A DNA stretch of 63,766 nt, the filler included, from Octopus bimaculoides (lineage: Eukaryota), in the NCBI RefSeq assembly GCF_001194135.2. It is 5 parts of 4 records of this genome, joined end to end, with 100 filler letters (N's around TTAATTAATTAA, not from the genome) between each part and the next. Parts side by side here need not be neighbours in the genome. Positions count along the whole stretch, not along the records: positions 36,539 to 48,588 come from NC_068983.1; positions 48,689 to 63,766 come from NC_068999.1; 3 more parts are not named here. One strand, given 5' to 3'. A program made the position numbers and the translations under genes. Shown here in pieces: positions 38,532 to 50,459 of the stretch (within the stretch, counting starts at the first letter, position 1; every line of letters starts with the position of its first letter). Under the pieces are notes generated by a model. It was not told the origin of the DNA. It saw nothing but the letters and a program-made list of their open reading frames with translations, and searched no databases.

Positions 38532-38720
38532 TGTAAAAAGGACTCATTACATTCTCGGAGTCATTGGCGTTAGGAAGGGCATCCAGCAGTAGAAGCTGTG
38601 CCAAATCAAACTGGAAATTGGTGCAGCTCTCCGGCTTACGAGTTCCAGTCAAACCGTCTAACCCATGCCGGCGTGGAAAACAGACGTTAAATTATAATGA
38701 TGATGATGATGATGATGATA
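38532..38720 (+). mobile_element. RTE-type 3' tail fragment ending in (GAT)n
   Basis: ggcgttaggaagggcatccagc...aacccatgcc.gc.tggaaaa.cagacgttaa, as at 57040-57195. Confidence 0.8.
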
Positions 38721-38946
38721 GGTAGTTTCACTCCGTGTGTTAGTATCAAGTGATAATGTTTAGTGTCGTAAGTTAAGGCTGACATGGTTGATTGAACAAG
38801 TCGGGTAGTAGTACTAAACAATCAATGCTCTGAATGTTTTCTGTAAAGTGTTTGTAGAGAATGAACATGTGATTAAGTTTAGAACCTTCTGTAGGTTTCC
38901 CGCTACGCCTGTGCGTTAGTGTCACGTGGTTGTATATTTTGCAACT

Positions 38947-39041
38947 AAAATGAAGGCCGACATGGTTGAGTGAACATGTTTAGTTACAATCAAGGCACTT
39001 GTAATTAAACATGTTCACTCTACCGTGTCGGCCTTCATTTT
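38947..39041. repeat. 95-nt near-perfect hairpin (43-bp arms, 9-nt loop)
   Basis: Arms 38947-38989 and 38999-39041 match at 40/43 positions; loop tcaaggcac. Confidence 0.9.
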
Positions 39042-39399
39042 GTCTGTTTTCCTGCCATTTGATTAAGATGATAAAGATTACAGATAAAATAGTTATTTCC
39101 CCCTTTAAGAAAAAAAAAATCAAGTTGAAAATGTCGACATTTTAAAATGTTGGAGCTACCGTCATTCGTCCTTTTTCTTACTTACTTTTTCCTTTCTTTA
39201 ATCATTCATACAACTTTCGAGTGCCGTGGACTGAAAAAGAAATTCTTCCTATATTTTTATGAGATTCTTTTTAATCAAGTGTAGTTGATTTTTTTTTCTT
39301 AAAGGGGAAAATTACTATATTAATTTTAAATAAAATATTAATCTTCATCATCTTAATCAAAAGCAGAAAAACAGACAGAGAGACTATCTCTTTATAGAC

Positions 39400-40070
39400 G
39401 AAGATCACTTGCAATGGGAGGAGTTGAATCTCATAAGAATGGAAAAACAAACAATAAATGGGTTGTACCTTATAATGAGACTCTTTTAAGAGCGATCAAA
39501 TGCCGCAGCAACGTTGAAATCGTTGTCTCATTGAGGTCAATTAAGTACGTCATCAATTACACGCTGAAAGGAAATGACCAAGCTGCTGTTCAAATAAACA
39601 ATGATAACGAAATTAGTTAATATCTAATGGGCAGGCATATTGGACCATCCGAAGCAGTTGCATCCATTTTAAGATTTTCACTTCATGAAAGAGCTCCTGC
39701 AATAGTGAGACTGCAATTTCGTCTACCAGATGAACAAAGAATATTGCCCAGAAACAATGAGGATACATATGGCTGTCATTGAACGACATATGAGAACAAC
39801 ATTGACAGAATTCTTTTCATTGGGCATCAATGATGACTTTGCAAAACCATTGCTTTACGCTAACAGTAGAAACAAAAAATGGCAAAGAAGAAGGCGAGGA
39901 AATATGTTGAAGGTCATTTAAACGTTTTCAAAGAAGTAACACTTGATCGCGTTTATGTTGTTACACCAAAGGCAGGAGAATTTTATTGCATGAAGCTCGA
40001 AATAGTAGTTTTTCCTTTCCCGTCGCACATCAACATTTTCAACTTGGAGTGGTTGTGACCCAACGGGTAC
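39400..40070 (+). mobile_element. Helitron Rep/helicase relic
   Basis: KWVVPYNETLL...SNVEIVVSLRSIKYVINYTLKGNDQA; then IGPSEAV...FSLHERAPAIVRL and RTTLTEFF...KWQRRRRG...RVYVVTP, the characteristic block after the Rep domain; stops and frameshifts. Confidence 0.85.
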
Positions 40071-40078
40071 ATCTAGTA

Positions 40079-40305
40079 TTGGGTTGTCCGGAAAGTTCGT
40101 GCCGATTTTTAAAGGAAAGAAAAAGGTCAATAAATACTTGCCATTACATTTTTAATCAACCAAATATGAACCATTTTGTTGCACAATGCGTCTCCATCTT
40201 TCCTTTAACTTGAAAATACCCTCTTCCCAGAATTGAGGGGTTTCATGGCAAACAAGTCGAAAGGTAAGCTACTATAAATCGGCACGAACTTTCCGGACAA
40301 CCCAA
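40079..40305 (-). mobile_element. Internally deleted mariner (MITE), perfect 30-bp TIRs
   Basis: ttgggttgtccggaaagttcgtgccgattt (40079-108) / aaatcggcacgaactttccggacaacccaa (40276-305); TA on the left flank; interior encodes the transposase C-terminus FWEEGIFKLKERWRRIVQQNGSYLVD* on the minus strand. Confidence 0.95.
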
Positions 40306-40314
40306 CACATATAT

Positions 40315-40592
40315 AAAATTGATGAATAAAACGGAAGATGGATTTAGTATGAATCTTTATTCAGCACGACGATCGTTTCCACTCATCTTGCATCGTCCCA
40401 TAGGGGACAGATGCAGGATGGGTGCTTTTTTACACCTAAGCACCTGAAATGACAGCCTGCACTGATTGATGCGTCACAACTAGATGCACAATATCCTACC
40501 TCTATGGAACAGATGCAGGATGGGTAGAAACGATAGTCGTGCTGAATAAAGACTCCTATTAAATCCTTCTTCCGTTTCTTTCATCAATTATA
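40315..40592. mobile_element. Foldback element with ~78-bp imperfect inverted arms (Penelope pLTR-like or MITE)
   Basis: aattgatgaa...cagcacgacgatcgtttcc...catcttgcatc (40317-394) is the reverse complement of gatgcaggatggg...gtcgtgctgaataaag...tcatcaatt (40512-589). Confidence 0.75.
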
Positions 40593-42143
40593 AACTCAAC
40601 AAAAATTGCAAATTTCCAGACGTTGATCCAATGAAAATTATGTAGTAACTGTGGATGACATCATGTAGCCCAAGTGGTGAATGTGCTTTAATCGAAAAAC
40701 TAATAGACATATACCCAAAATCCAAGTAGTTACATACACACACACGCATAACGAGTTTATTTCTCTTGAACAGTATTTAACCGAAAAATATTCACTTGAA
40801 CAATAGAACCCATTGCAACAGCTGACTTCCATAAATTTGTAAGTATAATACCGAGAACAATAGGAAAGGAACTTGCAGAACAGTGTAGATTCGGTTTCGA
40901 ATCCTGCCTTGGAATCTAGAAAGTTATTCGTTATACACACACACACACACACATCCCTCGGAACCAGAGCGGGATTGTCCGTAGATGATATGAAGAAGCC
41001 CAATAGGTTTATTCTTTGTTCTTGGACTAGAGGAGGATACCTTATACTGGACACTAAACAATATAATGTTTTTCTCTCGCTCACATATCCAAAATGCTGC
41101 AGTGTAGCCAGGGGCTACTAAGTCTGCGGCTGAATAAAGTACACTGCAGAAATATCGCCAAGTACAGGCAAATTGCATTCTTACAACTTATGGCATTTTA
41201 ACTGTTTGAAAGAGCTGAACGACTGAATAAGTTCTTGTTTTTTTGTTTTTCTTTTCGTCTGACTGAAGTGAAGATGTGACTTGAGAGAACGTATGGCACT
41301 CTAAGTGTGTTTGTGTATCGCTTTGCTTTCTTAATCGTGAATGCTGTGAATATTTTGTCCAAACCAAGATAAACCTTGAAGTGTTGTAGAATTATGACCA
41401 TAAGTTTTCCAAATGTGACTGTCTCGTCATTTTTGTCTTGACTAGCATGCTATATCTCGAACTAGATTACCTGATGTGCCCTTCCCTTTTAAGATAGCAG
41501 TGTGTAATTCATGGACCATTTGACTACTGTTTCTAGCTGGTGTCCTGACAGCGTAGAGGCTCCTCCGCTGGTGTGTACCGTAAATGTTGCTGTTGTTATT
41601 TAACCCCAGGTCAGCCCTGGTCGAGTAGACCTATGATCAATAGCATTCTAGCATTGAACATCCCGTCTTTTTCAGGATACTCTGCACCTCGACTCTTTTT
41701 TCTTCTTCATATTTGTAAATTTTATGAGCACCTGGATAGTCTTGCTTCAGTTTGTGCTGCAAGAGCACAGTAAAGCATCAATAATGTATCCATTCTGGGG
41801 TGAGATCCATGCCAAGATTGTATGAAAGACCAGCAGTGACCCATGTATCAAGTCTCTTTTCTCCATGCCACCAATGTTATTCAAATGAAGAATCGATACA
41901 TCTTGGTATCAGTGTTGTGGCAGGAGGTGCCAGAACGAACTCGAAGATTTAAGGGCCCCAGCTCCTGATTTGGAGTCGAAGAAATTGGTCCCAGGATGAA
42001 AGTAAAGAGCCATAAGAAAAACCGCAAGATTCTAACGATTCTTTTATCGACCACCTTCTGTCCGGACCATAATATCCATAATTCCTAATTAATTTGATTG
42101 TTTCTAGCAAGTCAAAAGACCGTGTGCCTTTGAGGTCCATATA

Positions 42144-42482
42144 TATTGTTGGCACTCCGATCAACAGAACAGCCTGCTCGTGAAATTAACGTGCAAGTGG
42201 CTTAGCACTCCACAGACACGTGTACCCTTAACGTAGTTCTCGGGATATTTAGCGTGACACAGTGTGACAAGGATGGGCCTTTGAATTACAGGCACAACAG
42301 AAACAGGAAGTAAGAGTGAGAGAAAGTTGTGGTGAAAGAGTACAGTAGGGTTCGCCACCATCCCCTGCTGGAGCCTCGTGTTTTCGCTCAATAAACACTC
42401 ACAACGCCCAGTCTGGGAATCGAAACCGCGATCCTATGACCGCGAGTCCGCTGCCCTAACCACTGGGCCATTGCGCCTCCAC
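42144..42482 (-). mobile_element. tRNA-derived SINE family C with 13-bp TSD
   Basis: Flanked by tgaggtccatata at 42131-43 and 42483-95; small deletions relative to the 14397 copy. Confidence 0.95.
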
Positions 42483-43858
42483 TGAGGTCCATATAAGATT
42501 TTTTTTTCAAAATTTATGTCCAATAAAATTGGTTATACTTCAACAATTTTCTTTATACAATTCTTAATAATATTAACTTCTAAACATATAATAGAATTTT
42601 TAAACATCAAATGGTTACGGCGATCCATCCGTGTGAAAAAAAATGAAGGAGGTCCACTGTCGTAAACATTCATGAGGAGCGAATGTCGAATAAAGACAGT
42701 TAAGATCGCCACATAAATAAAGGGAGGTAATGCCAACTAATACTGAAAATATAAAAACATAGGCGTTCACATAACCTCCCTTGAATTACTCTCGAGTTTT
42801 TGCCGTTCAGTGTCGCCACTTTAACCGAATCTAAAGCTAAATGGCTCTTAATAGCGGGCCGAGAATAACGGAGGCTGATTAAGAAGGCAAGCGTTTGGTT
42901 CAATCAAAAAGTGGAAAAACAAAGAAAACCCTTACCGTTTCATTGAACGAAATACTTTCATCTTTGGTTTTGTTTCCTTGTATTGATTTCGTAAAGCTCT
43001 CCCCATCTTTTATTCACTGAAGCCAGTGTTACAAGTGTTGTTGACCATTATTATGCGATGAATGTCTTTCAGAGTGAATGAGGCAAGTATTGCAATCATT
43101 TAAAGAAAACTCTGGATTTTTGTCTGCTTCTGTGTTCTTAAAAAAAACAAAAAAGGCAACAACAGACCTGTATTGGTATGTTATGCAATTGAATAGCTTA
43201 ATTTTTTAAAATTTTCATTTATCTTATTTAAAATATCTTTTGTGTGTGTGTGTGTACACTAGTTCTTATATACACACGATATTGTAGATTTTGATTCAAA
43301 CTTGATAGAAAAAAAAGACCTATTACCGGAGATAAACTTTTGTTTGAAAGAGAAAAAAAGCATACACCCATTCATGTTTAATAAATGAGACGAAACACCA
43401 AAGCAAACTTCTCAGAAGAGCAGAAAAATAATCAGTCTAATTTGGATTCAAACTAGGAAGGTTGTTTTTAATTGTGTTACCTGGATTAAGATTTAATGTT
43501 TATTGATAGTTATGAAAACTGTTAGCGATATTTTCATTATACCCTACTTCATACTTCGAAATTTACCCACAACACTGATAAGGACGTCATTGGAAGAACT
43601 GTATCAACATCAGACTATTTCTTGACCTGTTATTTTGTTTTGTTGTTTGATTTATAAAACCCGCCCTCCTCACCTGTTATTCTGCAACATGTTTATTTAT
43701 TAACCATCATTATTTGTTAATTAATTAAAAAACGAGGATATCGTGCTTAGGCATGATGTGCAAACCTAAGTACTACATAGCTGTGCGAAGATCTCATCAC
43801 ATGAACAAAGTACCTTTTCTGCACGGTCATCGTGATTGGCATTACCTTTTTTGCTTAC

Positions 43859-43955
43859 CTAAAATTGTCCTCAGTACTATCGCCACCTCGCATTATTAAA
43901 CCTGTGATTTTTATACCAACCAATCAGCCGATCAACCAACCAACCAGCCTCCAAT
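43859..43955 (-). promoter_or_regulatory. Candidate minus-strand core promoter and short first exon
   Basis: TATAAAA on the minus strand (43914-08); CCAAT at 43920 and 43951; strong donor TAG|GTAAGC at 43859/58. Motif-only evidence. Confidence 0.3.
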
Positions 43956-43957
43956 AG

Positions 43958-44002
<45 letters not shown>

Positions 44003-44540
44003 CACAGGCAAACAGTAAGTCGTTCAATATATATTGTTTTTGTTGTTATTGTATTGTTATATGTTACATAAGATTGGTGGCTTGCAGATTTGTTAGAGCG
44101 GTGGATAGAATGTTTTGTATTTAGTTACACCCCTTCACGTTGTGAAGTCAACTTTACCTTTCACTCTGCCCAGGGTCGAATGACTAAAGTACATCGACAG
44201 TAGCTTGGTCGTTTCGTAAATACAGTGCAACAATGCTCTGCAAAAGTGCAAATTAATTTTTGTTGTTTAAATTACCCCCCCCCCTCTTTTATTTTTTCCC
44301 TCATAACTTTTAGTAATCTTATGAATATTGGTATATTCCCAGCGCGTTACTAAGGTCCAGTTACTTGCAATGAAGCCAACCCCATTCTCGAAAATACAAT
44401 ACTCGACACGTTTTTGTTTTAAAATTGAAATGACACTTATCTCAGAATTTTATTTATAATTCACAATTTTATGAAAACTAGATATACCGATGGGAAAAAG
44501 GAAAACCTGAATTCGTTCATCAAAAATTAACTAATATCCT

Positions 44541-44628
44541 GGCGAAGGTAAAGAATACGCACACTCTGTGTTTAGGGTTAGGAGGGTTACACCGAAAACG
44601 GGTGGTGTGCGTATTCTTTACCTCCACT
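44541..44628. mobile_element. 88-bp MITE with 19-bp perfect inverted repeat and 9-bp TSD
   Basis: aggtaaagaatacgcacac (44546-64) / gtgtgcgtattctttacct (44605-23); direct repeat taatatcct at 44532-40 and 44629-37. Confidence 0.8.
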
Positions 44629-44869
44629 TAATATCCTTGATACCCTGTATTTGCCTTATTGACCATACTCTCCCCACACCCATACCCAGAGCAGATGCTT
44701 TTTTTGTTTTGTTTATTACGGATGGCTGATTAAGGACAGCAGACAAAGCTTTTTAACTGTATTCAGGTACGTTCTGAGTAAAGATCCCGTTGAGGGTTGA
44801 CTTAGCTTTCATCCCCACTGGGTCGATTTAATTGACTGTGTACCTCCCAACAAAATATGTTGACATTGG

Positions 44870-45000
44870 AAATATCGTTGGAGCGTCAGACTAAAATGCC
44901 TTGCGGTATTTAGCTACAGCCCTTTAGTTCCGAGTTCACATCCCGTCGAGGTCAAATTTACCTTTCATCTTTTGAGGTTACATAAAATAAGTCGTTGTGA
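44870..45000 (+). mobile_element. Degenerate SINE family B copy
   Basis: aaaatgccttgcggtattt...ccgagttcacatcccgtcgaggtc...cctttcatc. Confidence 0.65.
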
Positions 45001-46439
45001 AGTATTTCGTTTTTTTTTTTTTAATTTTATTTCTAGCCTTGTTGCCTACATAAGAGGCTATTAATATCATAGAATTGCTATTGTGAGTAAGCGACGGACG
45101 ATACGGTTTCTGTTCCTGGCTGAAAACAATTCACTCACCTTATGCTGTTTGCTGAGGCTTTGTGGGTAGGTATGAACATAACATGCCACTTGCTCAAACT
45201 TATTAATGAAACCACGCATTAATCGAAAGAATCCTTTTATTACTACTGTTTAATATCGTGGTGTAGTTCTAATTGAATTGACTCTGTTTCGATACCCCTT
45301 TTAAACCGTTTCCTTTTACAACGTTAATGTTTTTACAAGAAACACGAATGCCCCACCTCCATCGTTTTCCTGACAGACCAGAAATTCTCTTGTTTGATAC
45401 CTCTCAGTCCTGAATTCAAACCTCACCCAGGTCGACATTGTCTTTCTGTCCGTAAGTATAGAATGGGATCAACCAAAGTGCTTCTGTCGTCCGACCAACA
45501 ACAAAATCTCCCTTAAATTATAACGTAGCTATATTTAAAAATGGGTGAGGATCACATTGTGTAACTTGGTCCGAGGTGTACTTTGTGTGAAAAGAAGGCC
45601 GCTTCTTTCATCGAAGGCGGTATGGAACGCCTGTGATAACAGGTCTTCGAGATTGACCTGATGCTAAATATCAGCTGAGAGTTCTGATAATTTACCTTAT
45701 CACGTCTTAAAAAAAAAATACTAAAAAATTAACACAATTAGGGAAAAGAAAAATGTTGTTTATTCCTAGGTCAACTCTGATTAAGTATATACCTGTGATC
45801 AGAAATATTCCAATCGTGGCCATCTCTTAATGATACATGTTAGTTTTTATGACGGCCGGAAATGATTTCAAGGAGATTTTGGTGCTAACAGGTTGAAACC
45901 TTTGTTCTTTTGTTGCAATTTCCTTTTATCATTTTCTATGTTTTTTACACGTTCTCTTTCAATTTATTCATTAACTTCTTTTTCCCCCCCAATTATTGTG
46001 TCTTGTTATGTACATGTGAAATAATGACCTTCGGAATAATTCAGTGGAAAATCTACTTTATCATTGAGAATGTCCTATTATATATATAGACTATCGGGTT
46101 GCAGAATTATTAATATATCATCGTGTTTTTGCCGTTTAATACTCGTTCGTTAATCCATGTAAAACCAGGGTGTATAATTAAAATAATATTCTTATATGCC
46201 CGTATTTGCATATCTGCGCGTGTATAGATGTAAATTATTAATGGCATGTTCAGAAAATAAATGAGTATAAATCTATGAGTGGAAGCTGTACCAGGCGTTA
46301 GCCCCTCGTTATTTTGTTTATCTACGACGTTGTCCATTGCGTCCCTTTCAGTTTTAATACATGTGGGTGTGGTTTGAGGAAATTCGACTTCTATTACGAG
46401 CAAGTCGACCGACCGCTTTGAGGTTATTGCATTGCCTCG

Positions 46440-46481
<42 letters not shown>

Positions 46482-46744
46482 TNNNNNNNNNNNNNNNNNN
46501 NNNNNNNNNNNNNNNNNNNNNNNNNNNNNNNNNNNNNNNNNNNNNNNNNNNNNNNNNNNNNNNNNNNNNNNNNNNNNNNNNNNNNNNNNNNNNNNNNNNN
46601 NNNNNNNNNNNNNNNNNNNNNNNNNNNNNNNNNNNNNNNNNNNNNNNNNNNNNNNNNNNNNNNNNNNNAAATGTGAGTATATGCATATATACGTACATGT
46701 ATGTACAGACTTAGATCTATATGTATATATAGATGCATATCTGG

Positions 46745-46880
46745 GTACAGGGCGTCACAAAAAAACGTGGGCAAAATGAAAAACAGAACATAAACAAAGT
46801 ACAGAAAACAAACAGGCCACAAAGAGAATATTTCCTTCATCAGCTGCCCCTATTCTAAACTAAGCGTTTCGAAGAATTAG

Positions 46881-46885
<5 letters not shown>
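46745..46885. repeat. Interspersed repeat, possibly Penelope-associated
   Basis: Shares the ttcatcagctgc...cgtttcgaag motif with 36940-36975. Confidence 0.45.
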
Positions 46886-46911
<26 letters not shown>

Positions 46912-48283
46912 GGGTAGCCCCCTCCTCATCAAGCAGAGCTAATCACAGGTGTACCAGTCGTAATCATTTTTTTTTTCTTTTGGCATAGTGTATCGAGGAA
47001 TACATTATCCATTGTGCCCTTTTTATTGTTTATCTTTTGGCTAGACCTTTGATCAAGCACACAGCAACCGTAACCATCTCGACTTTTTATCTAGAGTATC
47101 TAGGACATTATTTATGTGTTTTTTTTTTAAAGATGTTAGGGTGAGGGCGATTAATTAGACTGATATGTCTAGCAGGTAGTTGTTTCGTGAATACCACAAG
47201 TTTATTGCGTATGTTTATTTTTGGGTTTCCTCTAATATATCCCAACGCAAGTTGTTTATTTCAAGATATCGTAGTAAATAATCTGTGTTTTGTGAAAGAA
47301 ATACTAGCACAAACAGAACAACCCAAAACATTTAACGGTCTTAATTGTAGCTGCATGTTTTCGTTATATTCACCACCCAAAGTTACAGATAAGCGTCATT
47401 TTAAGGACTACAATCTTATTCTGTTTTTCTTTTTTCTCTGATTTTATTATTCGTTTTGGTCGTGTGTAAAATGTGCGTGCGTGAAGACAAGGATAAAATA
47501 AAAACGGGTCGAACTGCGACTGAAAGACCTAACATGACTGTGTTTATGTTAGTTTTTATTTTCGCCCTCGTATAAAACATGTAGCATGTGATTATTGGAA
47601 TTTGTTGTGACAGTTACACATAGTGACAGCCTGTGTCATTTAATTCTTTTCTTAAACATTTCCATGAACTAATTTTTAAGGCGCATAATGGAATAAAGTT
47701 TTAACTTCTTTCTCTTTACCAATGTACGATAGGAATCTTGACTATAATATGAAGTTTATCTGGCTTTGGTTATATGACAACAATGTTTGGTCCGAGTTGG
47801 TCATCGTTCACCGACGCGGGATTCTAGTATTTTCTAACGTTGTTTTAATTACATTTTGCAATAGAAATAACTACTCAAAACGAAATGGTTTGCATAAAAG
47901 AATGTAGAAGTTATCAACAACGTACACTCAACATGGATTTAATTTTCATGGATAATTTTTCAATGAATTTTTGCTATGTCCCACTGTAGTTGTGAACAAT
48001 AGACTGGGGTTCTACCCATCTAATGATAATATCTGTTCTTGCTTAATAGTTAGAACATTGTTCTTGGGACTAGATGTTTATTGCATCACCTCTAAATAGA
48101 CGATCTTGTTGAAATAGGGTGTGGTGAATCAAGTGACTTGAATGTGATTTGGTAAAGTAAAATGAAAATGCCTGCTAATGCTCCGAACGAAAGTTTCAGG
48201 CTGGTGCTTAATTGCTGTTTTGTAACCCTAAGTGGATGAGAAATAAATCTCCACGGGATAGAACACCAGTCTATCAAAAGTAA

Positions 48284-48588
48284 TCTATATATATATAAAT
48301 GAGAATGTGTGTCTGTCTGTCTGTCTGTGTGAATCCCTAAAACTCGAGAACTACGCAACCAATTTCATTCAAATTTTACGCATGCCTTACTTAGGGTTCC
48401 AGTTGTGTTTTAGTCAAAAATTTTTTTAACTTCTTGCAGAGTTCGAGCCCACGGCAACATAATATCTCCTCCACTATTTAAGTATTACGTGTCAAAAGTG
48501 AAACAAAAACACTGAAGTCAAATACTTTCACTTTAAAAATGAAACTATTCCACTAACTGAAACAATCACATTTCGATACTGTAATGAC
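48284..48588 (+). mobile_element. Non-autonomous Helitron-like 5' end with (GTCT)n core
   Basis: Begins a|TCTATATAT...aatgagaatgtgtgtctgtctgtc; truncated by the scaffold join. Confidence 0.6.
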
Positions 48589-48688
48589 NNNNNNNNNNNN
48601 NNNNNNNNNNNNNNNNNNNNNNNNNNNNNNNNTTAATTAATTAANNNNNNNNNNNNNNNNNNNNNNNNNNNNNNNNNNNNNNNNNNNN
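48589..48688. other. Artificial scaffold join (44 N + TTAATTAATTAA + 44 N)
   Basis: Same 100-bp construct. Confidence 0.95.
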
Positions 48689-48709
48689 TTTAGGGATTCA
48701 CACACAATG

Positions 48710-48800
<91 letters not shown>

Positions 48801-48822
48801 TTCTCATTTTTATATATATAGA
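48689..48822 (-). mobile_element. Second copy of the same Helitron-like 5' end, opposite orientation
   Basis: tttagggattcacac...(gaca)n...cattctcatttttatatatataga|t is the reverse complement of 48284-48342. Confidence 0.6.
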
Positions 48823-50416
48823 TTGTCTCTTCATTCTTCAGTGCTTCTTCGTACTTTGAAAGATTCCTTCAGGTAGGTCTGTATCTGGTTGATTTTGTTG
48901 GATAAGACTGAGTGTTTGGAGATCTCTTTCAGTTCTTTTATAATTTCTAGGTTCAATGTGTTGTCATTTGGTTGGGCTTTTGTGGCATTTTCATTCCTCG
49001 TGTGGTGAGTATATATAGGAAAGAAAATTTTTATTCTACACAGGAAAAAATATTGAAAAAAAGAAGTTGATTCACTGGAAGTTTTTTAGACGGTTTATTT
49101 ATATAGGCATTCAACTGATTTCACATGGGATTTGTGAATTTTAACTTTCTTTGGGAATGGGTTATCAATAGATTACTCATTTTAGAAATCAGAATCATAA
49201 TTGGTGAATCAAAAAGCACTTTTCTCCTATTGTTGAAAAGATGTTAATTCCTCATTTTCTCTTTTTTCTCTTCAAAGTTTGACAGTGCCTTCCTAGGGTA
49301 GCCTTCAGATATGTTTAAAATTTTTATTTGCATTTATGCATCAATTATTTTGAATTTTCCTTCATCGGAATTTTTTCTTAATCATAGTAGCTAAGTTTCC
49401 ATTCAGAATTTACCTGGAGCTCAATATAACACTGATCATCCTCTCCAAAAGGCCTATCCCTAATGAATCTGAACAACAACAACTTAGGGAAAACATGGCT
49501 TATGCAAGACAGATACCTTTTGACAAGTTACCTGATGAGGCTTATCTGCCCTGAATGATGCTCTACAACTCTTTGTATGGAATCTCACCCATGACAGACT
49601 GATGCACAATGGTTGGAACAATCATAGTGATTAATAAAGAATCTTATGAATTCTAATTTCTCTTTCTCTCAAGTTGTAAACTCAATGGACATGAGAGAAT
49701 TCCTGAAGTAAATCTGATAGCATTTATATCCATACTGTTGATGACATCAGGTAGCTGAAGACAGTGAATGTGCTTTAAACAGCATACTACAAGGTGTATA
49801 CCCAAATTTAATTATTACTTATATACATATAAATATATATATATAGGTCTGCATTGACAAGGGGCAACACCCTGAAACTAGTCTGCAGATGCCAAACCAG
49901 CCAGGGGAAGCTGCTGACCTCCCCTGTTCGAAGGTTATAAAGGACACAGGTTTCGTGTGTCACGTAGCTAGCTAGAGGCGATGGCCTCTTGGAGCTAATC
50001 TACGGCAGCATTCGTCCTATATTTGGGACTGCCATGTTGGCTTGGCGATAATTATTAATATCCAGTACCGCTGCCGTAGTCTCCTTTAGAGAGACTTAGA
50101 AATATTAATATCTCTCTCTCTATATATATATTAGAAAAAATAAGGTACTCAGAGATCTGGATGGTTGTACATTTACAGNNNNNNNNNNNNNNNNNNNNNN
50201 NNNNNNNNNNNNNNNNNNNNNNNNNNNNNNNNNNNNNNNNNNNNNNNNNNNNNNNNNNNNNNNNNNNNNNNNNNNNNNNNNNNNNNNNNNNNNNNNNNNN
50301 NNNNNNNNNNNNNNNNNNNNNNNNNNNNNNNNNNNNNNNNNNNNNNNNNNNNNNNNNNNNNNNNNNNNNNNNNNNNNNNNNNNNNNNNNNNNNNNNNNNN
50401 NNNNNNNNNNNNNNNN

Positions 50417-50447
<31 letters not shown>

Positions 50448-50459
50448 CATACATATATA

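Noticed and set aside
45591-45702. Run of five short hairpins resembling a structured ncRNA
   Set aside because: The segment resembles, in reverse complement, the interspersed repeat at 41585-41680 and 45755-45900; stems are only 5-7 bp and two overlap.
46110-46403. 97-aa minus-strand ORF containing an IKTE motif
   Set aside because: No ATG start, no acceptor with a pyrimidine tract, and the C-terminal half looks like AT-rich non-coding sequence.
46826-46872. GAAAC...CTGATGA on the minus strand (also at 36935-36975), resembling a type-II hammerhead
   Set aside because: Stems I and II cannot be formed in canonical register.
48284-48822. Large TIR element or palindrome spanning 48.3-48.8 kb
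   Set aside because: The two inverted ends are separated by an artificial scaffold join; more likely two contigs each ending in the same repeat.
49531-49560. CTGATGA-ggc/gcc hammerhead-like start
   Set aside because: No GAAA after stem II and no cleavage triplet or stem I.
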